Shown piece by piece: positions 8,871 to 14,994 of a stretch of 14,994 nt of DNA. Position numbers and translations under genes: made by a program. The notes under the pieces were generated by a model, which was given only the letters and a program-made list of their open reading frames with translations, searched no databases and was not told where the DNA came from. This DNA comes from Candidatus Sigynarchaeum calidifontis (lineage in GTDB: Archaea > Asgardarchaeota > Lokiarchaeia > Sigyniarchaeales > Sigyniarchaeaceae): NCBI GenBank assembly GCA_030587475.2, contig JAUQYZ020000048.1, forward strand, positions 1 to 14,994, given 5' to 3'. Numbering within the stretch: position 1 is the first letter of the stretch; every line of letters starts with the position of its first letter.

Positions 8871-9878
8871 ATGCCACAGTTCTTGGTCGCAGTCGACATC
8901 GGCGGGACCAACGTGCGCGTTGCCATCGCGCCCGTCGACGATCTCAAGGCGTTCACGAAACTCAAGCAGGATACCGCGAAAGCGGATGCAATGGCGATCA
9001 GCAGGCAAGTCATCTCGATGATCGACGATCTTATCAAAAGGCAAGGGATTTCTACGAACGATTTGAGCTCGATCAGCATCGCCACGGCCGGGCCGATAGA
9101 TGCAGCGAAAGGCGAGGTGTTTAACAACGCGAACCTCGGCTTCAAGGTCATCCCGCTGAAGGCACCCATCTCCAAGCGTTTTTCCGCCATCCCGATCTAC
9201 ATCATCAACGATTGCCGCAGCGCCGTGTTGGGCGTGCATTGTTTCGAGGCAAAGGCCGATGAAAAGGACAACGTGGGATACATAACTATTTCTACAGGCA
9301 TCGGCGGTGGCTTCGTCGTCAACGGCCACCTCGTGCTCGGCAAGGAGGGTAATGCATCGGAAGTCGGGCACGGCGTCGTGGCGCCGAAATCGGGGGTGCG
9401 TTGTAACTGCGGTGCCGAGGGATGCTGGGAGGCCTTTTGCTCCGGCTGGTCAATCGCCAAGCATGCTCGCGCCGCTCTCGATGCACAACCCGGGCAAGGC
9501 AAGGCCTTGCTCGATCTTGTACATGGTGACAAGGAAAAAATCACCGCAAAAGAGGTTTACGAGGCTGCGAGGAAAGATGACAAGGTCGCCAAGAGCATTG
9601 TCGATCAAGCGACGTTTTACAACGCCGTCGGCATCGGTCTCATAAATAACTTCTACGACCCGAAGGTGATCTTCCTTGGCGGATCCATGCTCAAAGACGA
9701 GCAGCAGATCTTGCCACCTTTGCAAGAGATCTTTGCCAAACGGGCGATCGAGTTCACGATCAACCACCCGCCCCGCCTCGCAAAGACGACACTTGGGGAT
9801 GACGTGGGTCTGCTCGGCGCACTCGCCCTCGGGAAATACAAGCTCGAGAATAATCCGGTCATCTCGACCTTCAAGTGA
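8871..9878 (+). CDS. ROK family sugar kinase (glucokinase-like)
   Basis: VDIGGT, IND, STGIGGG, EVGH, CNCGAEGCWE zinc motif, GLLGA. No N-terminal HTH. Confidence 0.93.
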   Translation: MPQFLVAVDIGGTNVRVAIAPVDDLKAFTKLKQDTAKADAMAISRQVISMIDDLIKRQGISTNDLSSISIATAGPIDAAKGEVFNNANLGFKVIPLKAPISKRFSAIPIYIINDCRSAVLGVHCFEAKADEKDNVGYITISTGIGGGFVVNGHLVLGKEGNASEVGHGVVAPKSGVRCNCGAEGCWEAFCSGWSIAKHARAALDAQPGQGKALLDLVHGDKEKITAKEVYEAARKDDKVAKSIVDQATFYNAVGIGLINNFYDPKVIFLGGSMLKDEQQILPPLQEIFAKRAIEFTINHPPRLAKTTLGDDVGLLGALALGKYKLENNPVISTFK

Positions 9879-9884
9879 ACGATC

Positions 9885-10601
9885 ATGACAGTGACCGTCG
9901 AACTATTCGAAAACGTGAATTTGGAAGGAAAATACCTCGTCACGGGCTTTCACGGTATCGGCGTCGTTGGATACATAGCGTGCAAGTACATGATCGAGCA
10001 AACGAACGCCCGCCGTATCGGCACGATCGTCTCCACGTTGATGCCGCCCTTGATAACACTCGATGACAAGGGGGAGGTGCTCCTCCCCTTCGAGCTATAT
10101 CTCGATAACAAGGATAATATCGTGTTTCTTGTTGTCCGGTTCCAGCCCGCTGGAGAAGAAATGCGTGATTTCACGAAGGAGCTCGTGAATTTCATCATCA
10201 GCAACAAGATGAAAGGTCTCGTCCTTCTCGGTGGCCTGGACTATAATTTTAAACCGCAAGACGACGAGAAAGGATACAGGTGCGTGGTCACGAATGGTTT
10301 CCCCGTGAAGGACAAGCCGCCTCTGATCGATGCCGGGCTCTTTATCAGCGGTGGGATCGCCATGCTCCTGATCGAGCTGCAGCTCCGCAAGGTGCCGGCC
10401 CTCACGCTCTTCCCGTACGCGGACCGGGAGCGTCCAGATATGAAAGCTGCGGCTAAAGCGATAGAAATCATCAATGAAACGTTCGGCACGAGTATAAAGA
10501 CCGATAAATTGCAAGAGGAAGCGAAGGATCTCGAGCAAGAGGTCAACCAGATCCTCAAGCAGCAGGTCAAGGAAGCCACGAGCCGAGACATGTACATGTG
10601 A
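9885..10601 (+). CDS. PAC2-family proteasome assembly chaperone (PbaA/PbaB-like)
   Basis: LVTGFHGIGVVGYIA, PFELY, LGG, PDMKAA, LQEEAKDLE; C-terminal MYM is an HbYX motif. Confidence 0.9.
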   Translation: MTVTVELFENVNLEGKYLVTGFHGIGVVGYIACKYMIEQTNARRIGTIVSTLMPPLITLDDKGEVLLPFELYLDNKDNIVFLVVRFQPAGEEMRDFTKELVNFIISNKMKGLVLLGGLDYNFKPQDDEKGYRCVVTNGFPVKDKPPLIDAGLFISGGIAMLLIELQLRKVPALTLFPYADRERPDMKAAAKAIEIINETFGTSIKTDKLQEEAKDLEQEVNQILKQQVKEATSRDMYM

Positions 10602-10634
10602 TCCCGCGATTCCGATTGCAGGAGTAAAAACGAT

Positions 10635-11486
10635 TTGAAGGTCATATCGGACTATCACGTCCACACGAGCGCGTCCCATTGCTGCAAGGAGCACTATGGA
10701 CCCATCGACGCGTGGAACGTGGCCCGCGACCGTGGTATCGAGTACCTTGGCATAACCGACCACGACGTGCCCTTTAAAAACGGCTACTTGCAATCCCACG
10801 AGCGTACCGTCGTGGGCAAGGCTGGCTTGCTGCTCGGGCTCGAGGTGTCGATCCGCGACGAACATGGACGCATCCAGGTGGCCAAGCGGGACCTGAAGCG
10901 GCTGGATTACGTACTGCTTGCCGAGCACGTGCACATCATGCCAACATGGATGTTCCTACGAAGGGGGCGGAAGGCTTTCGCGGCGTGGTGGCGCGATCCG
11001 GCAAAGCAACATCTCGTGGAGAAATACTACAAGCGCCACGCTCGCATGACATGCTTGGCCTTAGAGCGGAACCGCGTGGACGTGCTGGCACACCCGTGGC
11101 GATTTCCCTGGCATCAAGGGATACTCGACAAGGCATCTCTCCAGACTACAGAGCAAGTTATCCGAAAGGCTATCGAGAAGGACGTGAAGATCGAAATATC
11201 CAGGGCCGTCTTGAACCTTGTCCGGCACGATGTGGATCAGGTAGAGGAGCGGTTGGCCAATCTCTCCGCGTTCCCGCCATGGAGCGGCGACCAGGAGCAC
11301 GAGATAATGCCCCCGGTGGCTTTTTTCCGCTCCTATTTCGAGATGAGCCAGCAACTCGGCGCGACATTTACCCTCGGATCGGACGCGCACAAGCTAGCGG
11401 ATATCGGGCAGTTCGGAGGCATCGACGAGTTCTTGCTAGCCACGGGACTGCGCGAGAAGAATATCATCCAAGTATTGAAGGAATGA
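10635..11486 (+). CDS. PHP-domain metallohydrolase
   Basis: DYHVHT, GITDH, GLE, AEH, LAHP, GSDAH. TTG start preceded by GGAG at 10621-10624. Confidence 0.88.
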   Translation: MKVISDYHVHTSASHCCKEHYGPIDAWNVARDRGIEYLGITDHDVPFKNGYLQSHERTVVGKAGLLLGLEVSIRDEHGRIQVAKRDLKRLDYVLLAEHVHIMPTWMFLRRGRKAFAAWWRDPAKQHLVEKYYKRHARMTCLALERNRVDVLAHPWRFPWHQGILDKASLQTTEQVIRKAIEKDVKIEISRAVLNLVRHDVDQVEERLANLSAFPPWSGDQEHEIMPPVAFFRSYFEMSQQLGATFTLGSDAHKLADIGQFGGIDEFLLATGLREKNIIQVLKE

Positions 11487-11634
11487 GGAGATATTTCTTC
11501 GATACAAGGTTTTTAATCGATTTGATGCTTATCTCAGCTGGATAACCGATATCAGAATAATAACATGCAATTGACTAGCCGGATGAGTGAAATTCTCAAG
11601 ATTATTGACGATATCATCCAAAAAGTAAAAACCA

Positions 11635-11709
11635 GGGGCCGTCGTCCAGCATGGATCGGGCACCGGCTTCCGGAGCCGGTCTACGTGGGTTCAAATCCCA
11701 CCGACCCCG
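11635..11709 (+). tRNA. tRNA-Arg(CCG), intronless, CCA not encoded
   Basis: Acceptor GGGGCCG/CGACCCC; D stem GTCC/GGGC with A20; anticodon stem CCGGC/GCCGG with loop TT-CCG-GA (anticodon 11670-11672); T arm GTGGG-TTCAAAT-CCCAC; discriminator G. Confidence 0.96.
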
Positions 11710-11720
11710 TTTATTTTTGT
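11710..11720 (+). terminator. T-rich archaeal terminator after the tRNA
   Basis: TTTATTTTTGT immediately 3' of the discriminator base. Confidence 0.55.
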
Positions 11721-11747
11721 CGCCCTTCGGGTTGCATGGCTATATCG

Positions 11748-11761
11748 CGAAAAATATTAAT
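11748..11761 (+). promoter_or_regulatory. BRE + TATA with no annotated downstream gene
   Basis: CGAAAA-ATATTAAT; normal archaeal spacing puts the TSS near 11784. Confidence 0.5.
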
Positions 11762-11783
11762 AGCCATCCTTACCCCAGGAATC

Positions 11784-11901
11784 ATGGCAGGACGAATGAT
11801 ACGGAGCAGTTCACGATTCCGATGCACGTTGTTACTCCCTCTCTAAAAACACCACAGCTTCGTTTTGTTTTTTTCGTGCGATCGGAATCCGTTCCTGCCA
11901 T
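11784..11901. ncRNA. Candidate structured small RNA (alternatively a MITE-like inverted repeat)
   Basis: Nested complementary arms: 11784-11792/11893-11901, 11815-11828/11875-11889 and 11845-11851/11866-11872. Confidence 0.4.
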
Positions 11902-11970
11902 TATCACTTGATATGTTCACGATGTGCTTGATATAGAAAGAAATTAAAGAATCTGCATGTTTCGTGGTGA

Positions 11971-12582
11971 TTAAAACAAGGCAAGCGGGTAAAGCAGCGA
12001 AAATACCAGGCCATAAACGGCCACTGCAAGAATGGTACCAGCGACGAGCTGCCCGGGTGTGTGTTTCTTCAAGTACCAGCGCGACCAGATCACGAGGGCC
12101 ACGGTCGGCGCCGTGATGAGCAACGTCCACCAGCCGAACACGAGCGCGATGCCGGTCGCGGGGCCGGCGGCACCTGCCGCGTGCGCCGAGATCTTCCACT
12201 TGAAATTGATGACGAGGCAAAGCCCGTTGAGCAAGACGGAGACCAACGATACATTGAAGATCACCCAAGACGGAAAAGCGAAGGGCGCGAACACGAGCAT
12301 GCCGCCAGCATAGCAGCATTCTATCAGCAAATAATACGGGGTTCGCACCTTTTGCTCGGTCACGTCGAAATCGATCTTCCCGGTCTTCATCCCATACACG
12401 AGAATCGCACCTGGCCCGAATACCATGATTAAAAACGTGAGAACGAACACTAGCCATGGATCGATGGTTTGAGGGACGAAAAACGAGAGTAAAATGGCGA
12501 GCACCATGCTGTACGTGATAGCGTTGCCGATGTCGCTGGCCTTCCGCGCAACTTTAAACGTGACGCCAGTTTCTTCGCTCAT
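11971..12582 (-). CDS. PAP2-superfamily-like integral membrane phosphoesterase
   Basis: About six hydrophobic helices; WKISAHA (C2-like) and SRWYLKKHTPGQ (C3-like SRxxxxxHxxx[D/Q]). Confidence 0.75.
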   Translation of the reverse strand: MSEETGVTFKVARKASDIGNAITYSMVLAILLSFFVPQTIDPWLVFVLTFLIMVFGPGAILVYGMKTGKIDFDVTEQKVRTPYYLLIECCYAGGMLVFAPFAFPSWVIFNVSLVSVLLNGLCLVINFKWKISAHAAGAAGPATGIALVFGWWTLLITAPTVALVIWSRWYLKKHTPGQLVAGTILAVAVYGLVFSLLYPLALF

Positions 12583-12621
12583 GAAATGGAGATCGGCCGG
12601 CTGGCATAAAAACCATTTACT

Positions 12622-13473
12622 TCAACTAGCGAGCCCAAGCAGCCGGCGAGCGTTCCCGCCAAGGATGAGGGCTTTCGCATCTGCCGGAACGTCAAGCAAT
12701 AAAAGTTTCCGGTATTCGATATCGAATGGCGTCGCCGATGGCGCGTCGGTACCGAAGAGCACACGCCGAGGGCCGAATATCTTCGCAAACGTGATGATGC
12801 CGTACGGGATGGACTGCGAAGTTTCCGCGTACACTTTTGGAAATCCGGCCAGGTGAAGCACTGCTTCGATGCAAAATTCCATCGTATACGCTGCGTGGCC
12901 GATGATGATGTCGAGGGCGGGGAATGCTTTAGCGAGCCGAGCAATGTCTATCGCTTCAGTCTTGCGAGACGCGAAGAGGCCCGCATTGGGATGAATATAT
13001 ATCGGGCACTTCCTTTCGGCGAGTAACGATGCGATAGGGAATAATTGTTCCACCGTGCATGCTGTCATGGCGGGCTGTATCTTCACGCCCTTGAACCCGC
13101 TATCCAGCGCTTTCATGACAGCGGCAATGCCCTTTTCTTGTCCGGAATCGCTGGGATCGGCAGGATTATACCAAAAAAACGGGAAAAGGCGATCTGGATA
13201 TTTTTTCACGAGCTTGATGATGATCTCGTGATCTGGCTGCCCGGAAAGCCGAAAATCCTTGAAAATCTCGAAGCTAGGATCTTGTACTTGCCTGGCCAGC
13301 TCAGCAGGGTTCCTCAGCATGACATCGTTCAGGTTCGCTTTCACGTTCAGCGTGTTCACGATAGCCGCATCGATGCCGTTGTCGTCCATATAATCGACGA
13401 TCGTCTTTCCCTTCGGGAGGAAGATGCCCGCGTAATGCACGTGCGCGTCGACGATATTAAAACCATCCCGCAT
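12622..13473 (-). CDS. Amidohydrolase family (Amidohydro_2 TIM-barrel) metallohydrolase
   Basis: DAHVH, GFKGVKIQP, IYIH, IIGH, VYAETS, VLFGTDAP, ILGGNARRLL. Confidence 0.9.
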   Translation of the reverse strand: MRDGFNIVDAHVHYAGIFLPKGKTIVDYMDDNGIDAAIVNTLNVKANLNDVMLRNPAELARQVQDPSFEIFKDFRLSGQPDHEIIIKLVKKYPDRLFPFFWYNPADPSDSGQEKGIAAVMKALDSGFKGVKIQPAMTACTVEQLFPIASLLAERKCPIYIHPNAGLFASRKTEAIDIARLAKAFPALDIIIGHAAYTMEFCIEAVLHLAGFPKVYAETSQSIPYGIITFAKIFGPRRVLFGTDAPSATPFDIEYRKLLLLDVPADAKALILGGNARRLLGLAS

Positions 13474-13546
13474 GGATTCTCACGATTCACGTGGTCTAAT
13501 GATAGAAAGGCCAATACTTACAAAAGAAGGATTGGAAAAAAAGGCC

Positions 13547-14446
13547 TCACTTTACGCCGATGTAGGCGAGATCGGAAGCCTCCGGAATATCAATGGTCGA
13601 GAGGTTGTATTGCTGCAGTTTTTCGCTGATCTTTTCCCGTATCTTCTCAATTCTACTTTCATAGAAGAAAACGGGAAGGGCAATCAAGCCAGCCGTCAAG
13701 AACGGCGTGAGGAGCAAGATTATCGGGGTCAAGATCGCTGGATCCTTGAGCGGCACCTTGGTGAAACCCTCGTATACGGTCTGGGCGAGCGTAATCAACG
13801 TGGAAACGCTAGCATAGCCTTTCAAGATATTTTCATAGATAGCTTGAACCCCTTCAATGTCAGGCGTGCGTCGCTTGCCTTTAAACGTCTTGTACGAGAT
13901 AATTCCCGAGTCCTCGATACACCAGAGCGGTAGAAAGAGTAAAAAACTGACCGGGACAAAGAAGAACGTCGCGAGGAATAGCCCTTCCGTGGAGTTCAGG
14001 TAAATAATTGTTGAATCAATGGGTTTGATCTTTACGAAACGAAACACGTCCCAACCCGTATACCCGATGAGCGTTGCTGCGATGCTAAAGGATAGTAAAC
14101 TGACGAGGAACAATCGCTTGAAGAGTAAAGAAACAGGGATGTCACCTTGCAACCTCGCGATGGCATGGGAACCGCCGCGCTTGAAGAGCCCGTGTAAATT
14201 TACCAAGCCCCGGGTTATCGTGGGGCAAGCCACGTAAAACACCATGGCGATAAGCATAGGAAGGCCGAACAATACGAGCATGTCCGTGTATATCGTCCCG
14301 GGCAGGATGTACACGAATTCGTGTACATATTCAGGAGGCACGCTAAATGGAATTCTACCACGAAGGCCATCTATAACGATAATGAAGAAGAATAGGCACA
14401 AGGTGAGGATGAAACAAAAACAAAGGTATCTATACTTTTTTTGCAT
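13547..14446 (-). CDS. Multi-pass membrane protein of unknown function
   Basis: About six TM segments with polar motifs WCIEDSG, PDIEGV and KGYAS. Start moved to ATG 14446 because a TATA lies 23 nt upstream of it. Confidence 0.75.
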   Translation of the reverse strand: MQKKYRYLCFCFILTLCLFFFIIVIDGLRGRIPFSVPPEYVHEFVYILPGTIYTDMLVLFGLPMLIAMVFYVACPTITRGLVNLHGLFKRGGSHAIARLQGDIPVSLLFKRLFLVSLLSFSIAATLIGYTGWDVFRFVKIKPIDSTIIYLNSTEGLFLATFFFVPVSFLLFLPLWCIEDSGIISYKTFKGKRRTPDIEGVQAIYENILKGYASVSTLITLAQTVYEGFTKVPLKDPAILTPIILLLTPFLTAGLIALPVFFYESRIEKIREKISEKLQQYNLSTIDIPEASDLAYIGVK

Positions 14447-14468
14447 GTGGCTTCCATCGTGCAAACCC

Positions 14469-14476
14469 TTATAAAA
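14469..14476 (-). promoter_or_regulatory. TATA box, likely leaderless transcript
   Basis: TTTTATAA on the minus strand, 23 nt upstream of ATG 14446. Confidence 0.6.
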
Positions 14477-14603
14477 TTTATGGTTGCGTGGCCGATCATG
14501 GAAAAGGAGGGTTACCATTACAGTAAAATCAGCAAGCATGACTGCGCATGGTCCATTTACAAGAAATTAAAGAAAGACGCAAGAAAGAGATTTTGCTTGA
14601 ATC

Positions 14604-14994
14604 TCATGCCAGGCCAGCCGCAGGCTTCACGCTGCCATTCTTGTCCAAACCTCGTTCCGAAACGATCTTGTTAAATTGTGCTTCAAGATCGTCTTTTATT
14701 TTTGCGAGCTTCGCCTTCTTCTTCACTAACTCGACGTCAGATACTTTTTCATTTAAATTATCGAGCTCGAGCTTGATCATGATGTCATTTATCTTCTTGA
14801 CGCGGGCCTCGAATTGTGCACGAAGGTCTTCCAGCGTAACCTCCGGGAGTTCCGCACGTGTTGAGGGCGCGGGAGAAATGACCGCCACGGCTTCTGGTTC
14901 TGCCTCCTTTTCGGAGGTAGTGGTGACATCTGGTGTTATCTCGACCTTCACTTCTTGCACGGGCGCCGCAGCCGGTTCTTGCACGGGCGCCGCA
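14604..14994 (-). CDS. C-terminal part of a hypothetical protein (P/A/E-rich linker plus helical hairpin/coiled coil); 5' end outside the window
   Basis: The frame is open to the window edge; LEDLRAQFEARVKKINDIMIKLELDNLNEKVSDVELVKKKAKLAKIKDDLEAQF is heptad-like. Confidence 0.75.
   Translation of the reverse strand, partial: AAPVQEPAAAPVQEVKVEITPDVTTTSEKEAEPEAVAVISPAPSTRAELPEVTLEDLRAQFEARVKKINDIMIKLELDNLNEKVSDVELVKKKAKLAKIKDDLEAQFNKIVSERGLDKNGSVKPAAGLA
14952..14994. repeat. In-frame 24-nt-period tandem repeat (AAAPVQEP)
   Basis: TTCTTGCACGGGCGCCGCA at 14952-14970 and 14976-14994; may continue beyond the window. Confidence 0.85.

Noticed and set aside
11784-11901. Hairpin as 5S rRNA, SECIS or C/D-box RNA
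   Set aside because: The length resembles 5S but the conserved CCGAAC-type loops are absent; the ATGA...GA spacing is too short for a SECIS and no selenoprotein is adjacent; no C/D box pair is present.
11565-11911. ORFs 11565-11846 and 11651-11911
   Set aside because: Both run through the tRNA-Arg gene.
11635-14994. tRNA-anchored integrated element
   Set aside because: No integrase or transposase, and no duplicate of the tRNA 3' end within the window.
14952-14994. CRISPR array
   Set aside because: The spacer is only 5 nt, the period is a multiple of three inside a CDS, and no cas genes are present.

Overview
Core-chromosome window from an archaeon, most likely an Asgard archaeon (Lokiarchaeia-like). 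The evidence is a gelsolin + Domain X gene, a PAC2 chaperone with an HbYX tail, archaeal BRE/TATA promoters and a tRNA with no encoded CCA. The left arm (minus strand, in transcription order) holds a Rho_N/HeH protein with a long disordered region, a HEAT-like/acidic/RING-like protein, a single-pass N-glycosylated ConA/LamG-like surface protein, a 1DGelX-type gelsolin and gyrB (truncated by the window and missing from the ORF track). A divergent plus-strand block encodes a class I/II aminotransferase, a ROK kinase, PAC2 and a PHP hydrolase, followed by tRNA-Arg(CCG). The right arm (minus strand) holds a truncated coiled-coil protein, an unknown membrane protein, an amidohydrolase and a PAP2-like protein. 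No mobile element or CRISPR array was seen. The best leads are: (i) the four-gene eukaryote-signature-like cluster around gelsolin; (ii) a ~118-nt rod-like hairpin after the tRNA with its own BRE/TATA, a candidate sRNA; (iii) a thrice-repeated linear motif in the HeH protein; (iv) a GyrB ATP-lid helix with Arg where gyrases have a K+-liganding Ser. All family calls are motif recognition by eye, with no database searches.
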